A stretch of DNA of 64,000 nt from Lagopus muta (GCF_023343835.1 NC_064433.1:177499076-177563075), one strand, 5' to 3'; counted from the stretch's first letter, positions 37,459 to 51,685 are shown. The notes: generated from the sequence alone by a model not told the origin. Program-made: numbers and translations.

Positions 37459-39059
37459 CTGAGCAGGACAAAGAGCACATAAAACACCATTCAAGTGGTT
37501 CTAATAGATATTACTACACACGTGACTAGGCTTACATTGCAATCATGACATCTTATAACCACACTTTTCAACCCAAAACAGTTTGCTCCTACTGGTTTCA
37601 AATGAGTTATGTACTTCCAGCCTGACTAAACCTGCTCTTTTGATCACTCAGATTTATCTCCCTTAAACCACTCCACAAAGCTAAATGCTGTCTCACTTCT
37701 TACAAAATGGCCTCTTGATCTTAAGTAGGTAATTCAGATCTTTTATCCCCTTTATTTAACAGAAGTCTAAGAGGCTTCTAGAAAGTAGATTAGAGAGCCT
37801 AATACACCTATCTGTAAGAGCAGGAATCATAAGGACTTTCATACAGCTGTTGTGCCACTGTATGAAGATCAAAGAATATCCCAAAGAACATCCTGAGTTG
37901 GAAATGACCTACAAGGATCATTGAGTCAAACTTCTGGCTTTGCATTGATGAAACTGCGTGTCTGAAAGCACTGTCAAAAAGCTCCTTGAACTCTGGCAGT
38001 CATGGTTGTCCTACAACTATTTTAAAGATTCTCTTCTGTACAACACTACTTCTGACTCAGCATCCTGATCCTATGTGTTGCAGTTAACTCCTTTCGATTT
38101 GAGATCCAAAATACTGAGTTATCCTTTTAAAGCTAGTCACCAAAGGGAGTGGATAGGAATGACTGGTTTAGAAGCCCAGCATCTCAGTTCCTGCAAGGGT
38201 ATTTTACAACACAGTACTTGCAAAGACTGGAGAGCGTCAGTACTACAAACAGCTGCCATCTCTACTGCATCCAGTGTCACCTGTGCAATTGGCTCAGGTG
38301 CAGGTAACTGGCAAATCTGAAGAACCCAGTGAGCCACGACCAACCACAGCCAAAAGCGATATAAAGAATTCAACATTCAAAACCAGAGAAAGTACACTGA
38401 ACTGTACTTTTGAAACTTAGGAAATGCAGCATCCAGAACAGACCCAGGATTATTCTTGGACATCTCCAATAGTGAAGAACAGTATGTAAGCTGAAGTCCA
38501 AATGAGTCAGAACATGTAACCTACATGTACACTAACTCTTCCATATCACCCATGCTGGAAGACACCATCTCCTAACCATTCTGTCCAGTCTTCTTATAGA
38601 GCAGTCAGTGGATTTACAAGTTACTTGAGATTAAATGGATAGGTTAGGAGTGCTTTTACATGATTGTGAGGTTAAAATGCAGAAACAATGGTGCAGTTTC
38701 TTAGTATCTCTTCTTTGCTAATACTGTGACTGAGATCTGCTTCCTCCTCTATCAACTTTTTGTGTCAGTTTCCTTCTTCCTCAACACTGGGATCTCTACT
38801 CAACCTTTATCACTATTTCTTATGCTCAATGATGCCTACAGAATTAGTGAATCAAGTAATCAAATAATCAGTCTGGTGCACGTTCACTCGTAATTCAGAA
38901 TACTAAACATACATGGAAAGAATCAACAGTTCAGAACTCAATAAATTACTGATTTAAGAAGTGGGTCCAACTGCCCACAAGATGCACTGATACACTGAGT
39001 GTCTACCATGTGCTGAGAACACTGCCAGTGCTGAGCTTCCAAGAGTTGCTTGGGAGCTG

Positions 39060-39315
39060 GTGTATCATATCTTCCAATTAAGTACAAGGTTTAGGTCAGA
39101 TACTAGGAGGAAGTTTTTCCACTCAGAGGGTGGTGTCACACTGGAACAGGTTGCCCAAGGAGGTTGTGGATGCCCCATCCCTGGAGCCAGTCAAGGCCAG
39201 GCTGGATGTGGCTCTGGGCAGCCTGGCGTGGTGGTTGGTGACCCTGCACACAGCAGGGGGGGGTTGAAACTAGATGGTTATTATGATCCTTCTCAATCCA
39301 GGCCATTCTATGATC
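39060..39315 (+). mobile_element. CR1 LINE 3' portion
   Basis: Antisense ORF gives …RMAWIEKDHNNHLVSTPPCCVQGHQPPRQ… (typical CR1 3' readthrough); ends ccattctatgatcttga. Confidence 0.85.
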
Positions 39316-39582
39316 TTGAAAGATAATATAGTTTGGAAGTGAGACAATCAAAGAGCACCTTTGCAGAGTAAAAGAATGACATCAGCAAGATAAGCAATGC
39401 CCAAACTGGTTTAACTGGAAGTAATTCATGTGACCCACTGATCTTACATGTGAGCAAATACACGTTAAGAGGCCAAAATCAGAATCTGTTTCTTAGTACA
39501 TTCCCGATCTCAACTAGAATGCTGACGCATATGTCTAATTCTGTAAGTAGTTCCACAGCTCTGCCTCGCTGCTTAGAGGGTG

Positions 39583-39583
<1 letters not shown>

Positions 39584-39619
<36 letters not shown>
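39584..39619. repeat. (T)36 homopolymer (poly-A on RNF17 sense strand), intronic
   Basis: Direct reading. Confidence 0.95.
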
Positions 39620-39625
<6 letters not shown>

Positions 39626-42391
39626 CATCTATCTGTTCACCTGACAGGAAAAAAAACCAAAACAAAACCAACTGACCAGCTCTGTGCTCAGAGTATGCTT
39701 GCTTCTTGAGAAGTTTCTTCCTCTGTTTGTCCTGATGATTTCCTGCGGGAAATTCTGTTTCATTGTTTTAGGAAAAAAAAAGTTTAATGTTAGTTTTTAT
39801 ACACACAGAGTAAATCAGCCAACAAAATAAAGAGAAGTGGTGTATATGACAGTAATAAGCTACAAAACCATCAAAATTTCCTAACAGTTGTATCCATGCT
39901 ACTACACTGCATCTGCTTGTTCCATCAGAAATTACGTTTTCTGCCTTTGCAGCATGCTAATGATACACACTTACTCTACAAAAGTCTCAAAAAAAAAAAA
40001 AAAAGCCTCATTGATCTATCCCAAAGCAGGCATTCTTTCAACTAACTACAGTTAGTCCATTTTGAGTTTCAAGAAAGGCATACAGTGTTTGTACAGATGT
40101 GCATGGAGCTCCAAGGACACTTGTATCCATGACTACAAGCAGATGTTAAGGCCACGAATGTCACCTAACATCTTCTGTTCTCTCATCAGTCTCTGCTGTT
40201 GGCTTTTCAACAGTTTCTTAACGTTTTACAGCTTTTGGCTATTTACTTTGCCTTTAAGTACATATACTCTGTATTCCAGACTTCCATACATCACTGGAGA
40301 TTTCCTTGAAGGCTGCAAGAAGGATTTCCTGTCATACCTAAATTGCCTGCAGAAGTGACCTTAAGATTCAGCTCTGGGAGAAGCTTGTCATTCCTGTGGG
40401 CAACGTGACAGAAGAAGTGTCCCTGGAGTGCACACTTTTGGAAGGCACTCTGAAGCATGAACGACTGCATTTATCTGCAGTACAGCACTCAGCGGCTGAT
40501 GCAGAAGTTTTCATCTACCGCATCATGAACCCTTGCAAGGATATCATGTGAGTGACAACAGGCAGCTAAAATCTTCAGTGCTCAGTGACAGGAATAGCTA
40601 GTTTCTGGTAACCTCCATTTACCTGTAGTTCAATGCAAGGCGAATGGAAAAAAGTGTATTCTCTGAATTCTACTGTTTCAGAGAGAGCACAGAAGCTGCC
40701 AACATAGGCAGTAATCCCTCTGCTCTCAGGAAACAGACATACTGGAAGCTGAAGAAACTAATACTCCCTTATGAACTTAGGGGGAAACAAGATCGCTGAA
40801 CAGAAACCTAAGGGTGTATCATCATCATCAGACTTCTCTATCACATTCTTTTAGCTCTGAACAGAGACTAAGAATACACACATTTAGGCCCTGTAGAAAG
40901 GCTAAATTATTCACTGATGGAGCACACATGCAAGACCTTTGACAGGTATCAACATCTGTAGAGCACAAATGCCTCAATTTACAATTGAGTGCCAAAGGGC
41001 AATGAAAAAGACTATCACTCAGTACTGTTCAGAAAAGCTTGAGGAAAGAAAAGCTTTTGGAAAGGACGAGACCCAACCCCAAATATAAAACTTACCTGTT
41101 TAGCTAGATTGGCTTCTAGAAATAAATCCTTTCCTGCTCTAAGAATTTTCCTTTAAGTCAGTGAGTCATGCAATACCCTTATTACAAGATGGCAAGCAAT
41201 CTCATCTACCATTATTGCTCTTTTCCTGTTTATAAAAAGGCCTCTGGCAGCCACAGGCTATGATTCATTACAAACACTAATCAAATCTCCTGAAGATTTG
41301 ATGTCACAATAACCATTTTCCAATTTGAGTACAGGTAACATCTTCTGCCTGACTGAAACACACTGGATTCAACAGTATCAAATGATAATCTATTTTTCCA
41401 TAAGCATTCCCTGAAATCATTTGTAACCCTAATCCTAACTTTTTCTTAACAGCCTCTTGTCACTAAATCAGTACTAACCTGGCTGTTACTGAAGGCAACA
41501 GATCAGTATCATTCAAAGTTCACAGAATTTCAGTCCCTTCCCACTTCAACAGCAAACTATTCAAAAATACTCCCTGGGCATTCCACAAATTCTGTAGCCA
41601 CTCCATTAATCTCAAACGACAGTCACTCCTGATTATCAAACTGCTCCATCCACCTCAGTGATATCAGTGGCTTACACTGCCTGAGAATATTCATCTTCCT
41701 TGTGACTTCTGATATATATTTTTAAATCTAAATGAGAACTGCTCTTCCCATTATCGTCAGCCGTGCTAGTTACTGCTCACCCCTGTAATATTTTTATTCC
41801 TGTTATCTAAGTGGAATTTTTCATGCTCCAAGTTGCTCTTAGTACCTTCTGCTCTACTACTGTGCACCTCCAGGACTCCAGCTTGGTAGGCTCTGCTGGA
41901 CTCACTCAAGTATGCCAGAGACTTGCTGGGTCCAAAACTGTGTGCTGCACTCCATATTCAGTCTCAAAAGTGCCCATCGGAGGCAGGGTCACTTCCCAGG
42001 CATTTTGTAAATAACAGAGTCCAGAAAAAAACTTACAAACTGAAGAACTTAACTGTACTTGCCAGTTATGACAATGCCTTAGATTCAGAAGCCCAGAGAA
42101 CTGCCAGAAATGCACCCTCCAAGAACCAGCGACAGAAAGTCTGAGAGGGCCTAAATGACTGAGGAAGGCAAGAAACCATTCAGGGGGAGGTCAATCGTGA
42201 CTCCTGCTCAGGAGAACTGGGAGTTTTTGCTTAGCTAAGCTAAAGAAGGACACCAAAAAAAGGTACTGGAGTAATTCAAAGACAATGAAATACAAGTATC
42301 ATAAAGACTTTGCTCTGAGCTAGCAACAAGCACAACTAATAAAAACGCTTGACATCTGAAAACTAAAAGCATCAGGTATTAAAAAGCTTAC

Positions 42392-42660
42392 TTTCTAGAT
42401 TATCTTCATATATTTCTTCTATTATTACGTCAGGACTGGATGGAGACTTGGATACAGCATGAATATTCTGATGAGGTACCACAGGAAGTGATTCCTTAAC
42501 CTTTTTCACTCCATCACAAATACCAAGTTTATTAGCCAGAGCCTTTTCTTTACTTTCTCTTTTATGTACTGGAACCATATTTTCTACAGGTAACCAGTTA
42601 TCTGGGCGTGGCATTTTTTCTCTGTCATCTAAGGCAAGAGCACGCTGTCCATTACTTTCA
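42392..42660 (-). CDS. RNF17: RNF17 exon …ESNGQRALALDDREKMPRPDNWLPVENMVPVHKRESKEKALANKLGICDGVKKVKESLPVVPHQNIHAVSKSPSSPDVIIEEIYEDNLE(S)
   Basis: Acceptor ttttcccaaatgcag|T, donor GAAA|gtaagc; conserved 'SSPDVIIEEI.EDN.ES' motif; joins in frame to next exon. Confidence 0.8.
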
Positions 42661-45272
42661 CTGCATTTGGGAAAATGAGATAAGTTAATCCAGTCTGTTT
42701 GCAGAGAAACACAGGAGTCAAAGTGCAGGTTTTATTAAGACAACATCCCCTAAAAACTCTACTCTAAAAACACTTCATAAATGCTGGCTGAAATAAACTG
42801 TATTATATAGTGCTCGAATATCAAGACAGCAGAACAGCAACACAATTTCTGAAACCTAAAAAAAGATTAGCACCTATTAGGTACATATTCTTGGGCCCAG
42901 CTGAGTACACACAACATGAAGTATTTGGAAAACACTGGCAGCATGACAGACACAGTTCATGTTAAAGTCAAAAGGCCTGCTAGATGTCCTACTACTGGCA
43001 GTTACAGCATGTAGTAACACTTTTTAATATAACCAGAGCTAACTGGAGGAGCCCTCACAGCAAGTCCATTTCATTTTCTCAAGTTTTTGTCTAAGGCTGC
43101 AGGAAAAAATAAATTCAAGAGACAAATAACATAAAAGCAATTGTAATCTTGAAAGTATTTTTCTTCTTATTCATCTCAGGTCACTTATTTGGGTCTGTGA
43201 CAACCCAGAGTTTAGATTACAAAGCAAAAACATTACAAATTTTAGTATTTGCCACTGATTTGAGAGATTTATTTACAGTAATGTGAGCCAATTTCCATAT
43301 GCTGAAGTGATAAACATTTCTATTGTTATCAATAAACACCAAATCTGAAAAGCACACAGCATAAGAAAAAATACTGAAAGCTTAATTGCTTTAGGGAGAT
43401 AATAGCTGTACTTCTTTTTTTCACACAACAGAAGCATTGAAACTGAAATGCTAAGTGGATTAATGAAGTGTTGATTGAAACATAAATAACTCAGATTTCA
43501 GTTTGGTTCATTATATATTTACAAAGCATTAGCTTTTTTCCATTCACTCTCTCTATAGACACAGAAAGACTAAACGACTGTACTTATTAAATTATTGTAC
43601 CTATCACTCTTCATTAAGAAATACTTACTATACCGATGTTTCCCATTCAATCTTCCCCATATTTTGTAAGAACAAAATAATCTCATCCGTGCTCAGGAAC
43701 AACCTCAAGAGAAAAACCATCCCAGCCATCACCACAAATGTCTGTATCACTAGCAGTTTAATACACATGATACTTTTTGGCACAAAATTGTCATGGATAG
43801 GCAAAAGAAGAGACTTTACCCCAGGGTCATTCTTTCACTCTTGTGAACTTTGAGCTCATTTGTTTTCACACGCATAACAGCAATTCTCCTGCCCTCCCTT
43901 GCTTTTTATTTCTCATGCACAGGGCACTCCAACATTTCCTTGCTCAGTTTTTGCATCTACTTCATGCATCACCACGGATTTCTTCTCAGACACCAAGAAG
44001 CACTCATCTTTGCAGCAGGTTAGCACGGATATCAAGTATAATAATTCAACATTTGCCCCTCACACTTCTAGTTGCAAGGGAAGGGGACGAAGTTTACAAG
44101 TGACAGCTTTCTGTTAAGGGTATTTTCAATACATACGTATTTCTCTACACATCAGTACATTTCATATGCTTTCTCCTGATGCCTCAGATGAAGGCAACTG
44201 TGCCTTTCCAGCATTTGTGTATGTCTGAACTAGTATTTCTTAGAACCGTGCAAATGAATCAGCTTGGCTTCTGCTGCTTTACTATTAACAGAAAAGCTTT
44301 TACAATTGAAAGAACAGTGTGTCCAGTTTGCTCTCAATATACCACCAACTTCAGTCCTTTACCTTGGAACTGTTTTTTCCTTCAAACTCTTCACTTTTGA
44401 GAGCTCGGTATCAATTGGAAACGTCAAATCACGAATAACCTGAAATTAGCAAGTGCAGTTTTTGTTGGTTTTATACAAAAAAGCAAATCATGCAAGAACC
44501 TGTATTTACAATTTGATAAAGTCAGAACGAAATGCCTTTAATTCTACAAAAAAACCACCCAGAAACATACTCATTAGAAGGCAGTAGCCAGCTCTTAGGT
44601 AGGTTTTCCTGGATTACTAACACTCAGTCGGGGATTTTGTAACCACAGTGTGTAACTAGAAGCAAGAGTTGGATTATTCTTTTGCACTGACAGCAACTCG
44701 GAAGGCAACACTAAACAAAAAGGTGGGCCTATGGGAGGAGAACTGTGGGTGCCAGGTCCCAGAGTTTAGGTTGAACAAAGTTAAGAACAAATGCCAAAAA
44801 AAAAAAAGGTGCAAGGGATAAGATTTCCTTCTTGGGTCAGATGTGGGACACCAAGCTTCTGCACATGGGAAGTGGTATTGGATGCAGAAAATATGACAGT
44901 CTAAAAATCAAACTGCATGGAAAAATATCTAATGAATAACAAATAACGACTCCACGATTTCGCTTAACACAAGGATTAAAAAGCTCCAAATGCAATAATA
45001 AGGTGATCAATTTAGAATAACAGAGGAAGTTCTTCAACATCCATTCTATTTTAAGAATTAAAACATGGAACAAAGTTTCACTACATATGCAAACATACAC
45101 ATAATATACACACGAAGGCCCATGCACTACAGAAATCAACCTTTCAACACCCAAATTCACAGATAATCCCTCCACACATCTTTCCCTCTCTGTTGGCAAA
45201 GAGAGGTGACCTCACTGTATGGAGCTCTGGTCTGATACAGTACTGCAGGTACCATGCATTTCTGTAACTAAC

Positions 45273-45371
45273 AGTCCTAATGTAGAGGAATTGTGGAAGT
45301 GAAGGCCCAGCATCAGGAGGATCTGCAGAGCATACTGAATTTTGGCATATTTCAGTGAGGAGGCTGGAGAT
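45273..45371 (-). CDS. RNF17: Candidate RNF17 exon ISSLLTEICQNSVCSADPPDAGPSLPQFLYIRT
   Basis: Acceptor ttgtcctatctggag|ATC, donor ACT|gttagt; phase 0/0. Confidence 0.4.
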
Positions 45372-45714
45372 CTCCAGATAGGACAAGGATTAAGATGAGT
45401 GTGAAATCATGACAACGCTGCCCTTTCACTGAAAAGCTCTTAGTTTCCTCTCATTCTCCTCCAGCAGCCATTAAAGGAAGCACTGTAAAGCACAGATCAT
45501 CTTTTTTGTTTCATGTCAATAGCAAGATTCAAATTCGTGGCCAAGATCGACCTTGAACTGGCATGGTGCATGCAGAGATGTACAGAACACATTACTGCAA
45601 AAACCTCATTATTTAAGTTAACAAAACAAAAAACAGATGATGAAAACTTTCATGTTCAGATGTGTATTGTTACCAAATTTTCCCTACCTGAGACAGGTCA
45701 CAATATGTTCTTAC

Positions 45715-45859
45715 AGAAGGTGTAATTTTTAGTTCCTTTGCGATCCTAATGGCACCAATCAAGCATTTTTTCTTCTCTTCTATGTATTGCTTAGCTGTTG
45801 CAATACCAGCACTGTAGTTGTCCATGCTCTTCACTAATTCTGCATGCAGTTTCCTTTTC
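45715..45859 (-). CDS. RNF17: RNF17 exon (R)KRKLHAELVKSMDNYSAGIATAKQYIEEKKKCLIGAIRIAKELKITPS
   Basis: Acceptor ttttaatacag|G, donor TCT|gtaaga; matches mammalian '…SYIEEKKNNLNAAMNIARALQLSPS'. Confidence 0.65.
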
Positions 45860-46393
45860 CTGTATTAAAAACATTACTTTCAGAAATTTATTAAGCACTC
45901 ATCACATCAGATTCAAACTCTTAACTACGAAATACAATTACTGGTTATACTACCTGGATGCAACTCACAAACACTGTTTTCTTCACACAACAGCGTAGAA
46001 ACCCAATACAGAAGTCATAGAAAGCAAAGAACTTCAAGAGAATTTATAAAAAGCTGTTTCCTTTGGATAAATCATTTTTTTCTTTCCGTATTTAAAATCA
46101 CAATGCCACTCAAGCCTACAGAATATTCCATAACATCCAGTAGATAACTAAACTGTTGGATTTTACAACTCAGAGTTTTAAGATCTGCCTTTTAGATGTT
46201 TTACTAAGCTTTTGTACAAAGGCACACAGCACTTTAAGTATCTATATATAAATCTGAAATACAAATATTCTTAAAGATGAGGGAATAAGAATCCTTGGGT
46301 TTGTCCTTGTCAACATTTGTAGAAAGCAGTTTATTTTATTTTATTTTATTTTTTAAGCTTTTCCTGCTGTTAAAATGATCATTAATACCAGAG

Positions 46394-46419
46394 TTTTTTT
46401 TTTTTTTTTTTTTTTTTTT
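46394..46419. repeat. (T)26 homopolymer preceded by (ATTTT)4 at 46321-46345
   Basis: Direct reading. Confidence 0.9.
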
Positions 46420-46606
46420 CTGAAAAACAGAGGCTGCATGTGCTGGTGTTTTCCAACTACGCAAACCAGCTCCAGGAACTAAGATACAATTATGAACAAG
46501 TAAAAATACTGCAGAAAAACTAAAGCTGAGATTTATGAAATTGTTTCAAAGAACATTGAAAAGCTCTTGGAACAACTTGCACATCCTATTCAGAAGGGAA
46601 CACTAC

Positions 46607-46707
46607 CTTGACAGGATACAAGTAGTAAGTTCATCAAGTTTTCTATCCAGAGTTTCTGAAACTTTGCCTCCTTCTTGCTTCACCTCCAATTCCAAGCGTT
46701 TCAGCAC
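46607..46707 (-). CDS. RNF17: RNF17 coiled-coil exon VLKRLELEVKQEGGKVSETLDRKLDELTTCILS(R)
   Basis: Acceptor aaatag|GTG, donor TCAAG|gtagtg; 2-nt overhang completes R with next exon. Confidence 0.5.
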
Positions 46708-46989
46708 CTATTTCATTCAGCATGGAATAAACATGTATTTATTTGTTCATTATTCACGTTATTTTTTTCCAATTTTAAATTCAGAACAAAACAGAACAGA
46801 ATCAATTAGCAGAAAGACAGTGAGAAGCAGCAGAAGTACACGGAAGTGTACAGCGGTTTCTATAAAAGAAGAGATCAGAAGACGATTACATAAATAATAT
46901 ACAACAATAGTTAGGAGCCTAGTAACCCTTTTTGTTTTCTCTAATTTCAAACAAAAACAGGAACTGGCACACAGGAGGTTTCTTCTGAA

Positions 46990-47110
46990 CACAAGAAGCC
47001 CTTCTGTGCTGTGTGGGTGACAGAACCCAGACGCAGGCTGCCCAGGGGCTGTGCATTCTCCTCCTCAGAGGTCTTCCAAAGCTGCCTGGACGTGGCCCTT
47101 GGCAGGTCCT
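46990..47110 (+). mobile_element. CR1 fragment
   Basis: …ctgcccaggggctgtgcattctcctcctcagaggtcttccaaagctgcctggacgtggcccttggcaggtcc. Confidence 0.5.
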
Positions 47111-47538
47111 AAGGACACTTCAATGCCATGATTACTAGAATGAGTCTGGCTTTAAGCTTTTGGATCACTGAACATTTCTATGCCTGTCTATCTTACAGTA
47201 CACGTAAAATATAAGTAAATAGCAGACACAGAAATGCAAGCTTTTCCATGGAAAAGAATGCGTAATGCTCAAAGATTAGCTTATATACGGCTCTGTTCGA
47301 TGCACAGACTGACCCAGTAACTTCAGCTTATGCACAGGGTCAAGTGCTCCATTCAGCCTGGAGCTTAATGCAGTACACCCACAGTAGTACTGTTAACACC
47401 TAAGTACAGGAGATGCTGAAACAAAGCCACTAAGAGCATATCTGAACAATGTGTTTGTGTGCAAGTACTCAAAACAAAAAGCTTTTACCTTGGCTAATAT
47501 TATATTAAGCAAATCCCAAAATGTTTGTTTTCACCCAC

Positions 47539-47619
47539 CTCATGTGCATCTTGTAAGCAGCTGAGATTACAAACACCTGCCCACAAAGCTTCATCAATAT
47601 CTTCTACAGTTTCATTTTC
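47539..47619 (-). CDS. RNF17: Candidate RNF17 N-terminal exon ENETVEDIDEALWAGVCNLSCLQDAHE
   Basis: Acceptor ccctag|GAA, donor GAG|gtgggt; phase 0/0; 'EDIDEAL' resembles mammalian RNF17 region. Confidence 0.4.
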
Positions 47620-47930
47620 CTAGGGAAAGATTGGCCGATGAATGAGTTGCTTACGTGACTAGAAGATAACATGGGCTAAGCCTATTTGCAGCTTTGACAG
47701 ACAAGCACTTGAGTTGGCTGCCACCGATCTTCCAAAGGAGCTGCATCTACATCACATTGTGCTGAATACATAGAGTTTATTTGCATGCATGCACACAGAA
47801 AAATGAAGAAGCAAATATAGCGCATGAAGGAAAACCAAAGCAAAATTACTAACACAAAGCAAAGAAAGTATGCCAAAGTGAAGAAAGAAAAAAATACAGC
47901 AGTCCTCTCAAAGTGCAGTATTTATGGATT

Positions 47931-47975
47931 TTTTTTTTTGGGGGGGGGAGGGGGGGGGGGGGGGGAGAATGGGGG
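47931..47975. repeat. T10 followed by long interrupted poly-G tract (G8AG15…GGGGG)
   Basis: Direct reading: tttttttttt ggggggggaggggggggggggggggagaatggggg. Confidence 0.95.
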
Positions 47976-48544
47976 TAAAACCAAGAACAACAGCAAGAAA
48001 ATTAACAAGTTCCCAGTGCGATGCTGATGCAAGAAAAACAAGTATTTGAATTATTGATTGAAATAGAAGCAAATACACACATACAGAAGTGCATTCTTCT
48101 GCCATGAGCAATACTAAAGCTTGTGTTAAGGGGGTCTGTTAGAGCTCTGGCACTTTGCTTAGAACAAAACATCTGCTTAGGATGCCCCAAAAGAGTCAAG
48201 CACCAGTAAGTCTGACACTATTAGAAAACAAACTTATTCTGCCAAAATCCAACTTAATATGCAAATATGTTCAATCTCTGAAGAATTTCGTCCTTACCAA
48301 TTAAGGAGAACAAACACAAACTAGACAGAGGTTAAAACTTGAGTTTGAAAACCTGGAACAGTTCTGCTTCTAACCAAACGCCAGGATAGGAGGAAGGAAG
48401 CACCACCTTTGCAGCATGATGAGGGAGAGACAAACATTCACACTGACATGTAGTTAACGGAGGACGTTTGTTTATACCTTCATCTCTGGAAGATATTTTT
48501 AACTACCTATATCCCAACAGCTCGAATCAATTATGTGTCCTTTT

Positions 48545-48720
48545 TAAGAGCAGAGAACTGGCAGAATCATAGAACCACAAGGTCACAAAGTACCCACAAG
48601 ATCATCCAGTCCAACCCTCCTCCTGTCACCATCACTACTCACTAAGCTACTGAACTGTATCTCATATTCAGAAAACCCTCCAAGTCACACTTCCCTATGC
48701 CAACCAACGCCACTCTTCTT
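48545..48720 (-). mobile_element. CR1 3' fragment
   Basis: cagaatcatagaaccacaaggtcacaaagtacccacaagatcatccagtccaaccc (reverse CR1 3' end). Confidence 0.7.
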
Positions 48721-51653
48721 TTGAGGACATAAGAAGCTTAACAGGTAAAAATACCATGGAATTACTTAAGATCTGTGACTGAAGGTATTCCAAAGATGAC
48801 CTAAGGCTTTAGTATTTTGTCAACATTAACATATCAAAGTTTAAGTTTACTTGGAACAGACGCATTCCAGAGATGTTCAGAAAAAAATTCAAACTTTACT
48901 GTGCACTGCTACAAAAACTACATAAGGAACCAAAACAGACACTTTCAACTTCACATGCTTTCAAAGTAACCTTACAGGATGATTTCCATGCAAAAAATAG
49001 GACTGGCAGAAGCTATACACAAATTCCTATTTAATTGTCAATTTAAAATACATACAAAATTTTTTCACCCTGCCTGAAACTTTACAAATTTCATTCAGCT
49101 GCTTAGAGAACTTACAGATCTCTCTTAAAACACTGTTTTATTCAAACACTGTTTTGCCTGTCTTTTTGCCATGAGAAACTACTAGATTCCTTTAAGAATG
49201 TGCTGCACATGCCCTGCAGCAGCCTTGAGTTTGAAAAGAAAGAAAAAGACCCCAACCAAATAATATAAAGCCTCAAGAGTGTGTAGGTTTTTAATTTTTT
49301 CTCCAAATTAGATTCAAAATACGTAACAGCACAGCCAGCTGAACACATTAACCCTCTTCAGCTACGATCTTGTTAGGTGCACACAGTATTCACTGTTACC
49401 TCATTAACTAACAGTTGCACTTGAAATCCACATCAAGTCAGAACTACTGAAGTTGCAAACTTTTGTATTTTAAGTCATGCAGTATTAACCATGCACACAA
49501 AAACATTAAGTGCAAATATAAGGAAATGGAACATCAACACACCGTGTCTCCTGGGGGAACGAGAAGTAGGTCAGACTTCTGCCCATTGCTTGAGGAAACC
49601 AAGCGCTGCACATTTTTCTCTCCAGTGACAGACCTGAAGGGCCTGCAAAACAAGACTTCAAGGAAAAACCTACACATTCTCATTTTAACAAACTTCCCCC
49701 CAAAATTTTAACGCTCAGTTGGGTCTTTCCAAACATTTAATAAAGCACACGTACACAGAGTTGAATTTACATGGTGATACACCAGACATACTTCATTTTG
49801 AAGTTTCCTTCCTACCAATATCATCTTAAAATTGATCTGTAGCATCTACTATTTTATAGAACAATTTTGGCAAGGCAAAATAAAAGCTTCCAAGGTAGTA
49901 ATGATTCTTCACTCTAGATGAAAGTAACATGTATGGCTACTAAAATTCCAGCATTTATTTTTCATTTGTTGCCCTAACATTTTCTTTTAGATATCCCATC
50001 AAATATTGATGAAGGGGTTAAAAATCTAATAGATGACAGATTATCTCAAAACAATTTATTGACATTGTAGAAAGGCTCTTCAGTGGTATCATAGTGACAT
50101 ATCCCAACTCTCCTCCAAGACTCTCACAAAAACAACCTACAAAAACCAACCAAACTGCAGAGGAAGGACCAGTTGTTCTTGCACTCAGCTTGTTTCTAAT
50201 GATCTGCAAAAGAACTTGGAGAAGCTTACTGCAAAGGCAGCCATAAGTAAGTGCAGACTAAGTGCACCTTTCTCTGAAGTTCAGCAATATATCTTACATG
50301 CACTTATATCTTAGATACTTTTAAAGGGACTTTAAGGATCATCTCTGGCTATTTTTATTTCTATCAACATGAACCTCCACAGCAATGGCATTACGGGAAA
50401 CACACAGTCTCTTTAATAACTCTCTTGAAGTTCACATATAGGTAAGCTATGGACATTAATGTAATTTAAGTGTGACCTTAAGAGAACCTTGCTGTCATCT
50501 GACCTTCACAGCTGGAACTGGTCACCTCAGCAGAAGGTGCAGAGGCACAGGAGGGGCTGGAGGACACACCTCAGTGATGCAGTGCTTGTGGGGTTTCAGC
50601 ACTTCTCCACTCTCCCTCAGAGCCCTTACCATGGAGTTACCCTTAATAACGTACAAAACCTTCAGATCTAAGTATTTTTGAGCCAAACCAGACTTATTCT
50701 TTTTGCCTTTCAATGAAATATGACTTGCATTTGAAGGTGGGAAATGCAGGAGGCCCTCAGTGCTTGTCTGATGCCCTCAGTTGTTTTTTAGCAGCACTGA
50801 AGAGCCATACTGGGAACACATTAGTACAAATATGCTTAATTTTTTAATTAAAATCATAGATCCAAAAAATCAGTCAACAAAAAGCTGCTGAAAACACTCA
50901 AGTCATTCCTAACCACCCCCTCCCACCCCTTGTGGCATCTAACCACATGAAAAAAAGGTTTACCTCGCTACCCTTTCTGAGGTGCCATCATACAGTCCAA
51001 GTTTAACATCTGCTTTGGTCTACAGTCAGAAGGAAAAAGCAGAACAAGTTCAAATACAGATATAAATCCCTGTAAAAAAACCCAAACATAAAACACGCCA
51101 CAAGCCTGCTTCTACCTTCAGTAAATCACCCCCTGTACATATTTCTATGAGACCAAGCTTCACAGCAATCACTGCTCACAGGAGCAACCAGTGGGGCAAG
51201 AAAACAGATCTCAAGCTGAAGTTCTGCAGCCGTCATTCTCCGTGTGATAAGTAACATTCCTAGTAGAAGTCAAATGCTCCTTTCCTGTTTACTAAGTACT
51301 TTTCCTTACTACGCAAAACTAATAAATGCTCCTGACAAACTGCATTAGTAAACTTGTTTTTCAATAATTTCACTAAAATAACTTCAATAAAATTGAATAA
51401 AAAAAGCTTAATGTATTTGTGTTTTGCAATTTGGCCAAACCTGAGTTTCACAATGGAAATACCAGAATGGCCACATCCTATCTTTCAGATACATTAAAAC
51501 ACCTAAGAAATATTCTGAGTTTTTGTCCAAAACATGGGTTTCTTCCAAAATGCTATCAGAATGTTGAGAATCCTTTCTGCATTACAAGTACAGCATTTTC
51601 TTAAAAAAGCTAGAAGAGAAATATTTGTAAGGCACACACTACTGTTTTAAGTG

Positions 51654-51685
51654 TTTTTTTTTTTTTTTTTCTTTTTTTTTTTTTT
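51654..51685. repeat. (T)n homopolymer abutting a CR1 fragment
   Basis: Direct reading. Confidence 0.9.

Noticed and set aside
46535-46897. 120-aa + strand ORF (MKLFQRTLKSSWNNLHILFRREHYLDRIQVV…)
   Set aside because: It overlaps, on the opposite strand, the RNF17 exon at 46607-46707. It is intronic and A/T-biased elsewhere, with no domain signal.
47682-47876. Minus ORF ending …YSAQCDVDAAPLEDRWQPTQVLVCQSCK* considered as a RING-finger exon of RNF17
   Set aside because: It carries C-x2-C-like spacing and a faint resemblance to the RING region. No acceptable donor was found (only weak GTGCTT). Only ~70 nt separate it from the next candidate exon, which is not enough room for the intervening residues. 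Left uncalled.
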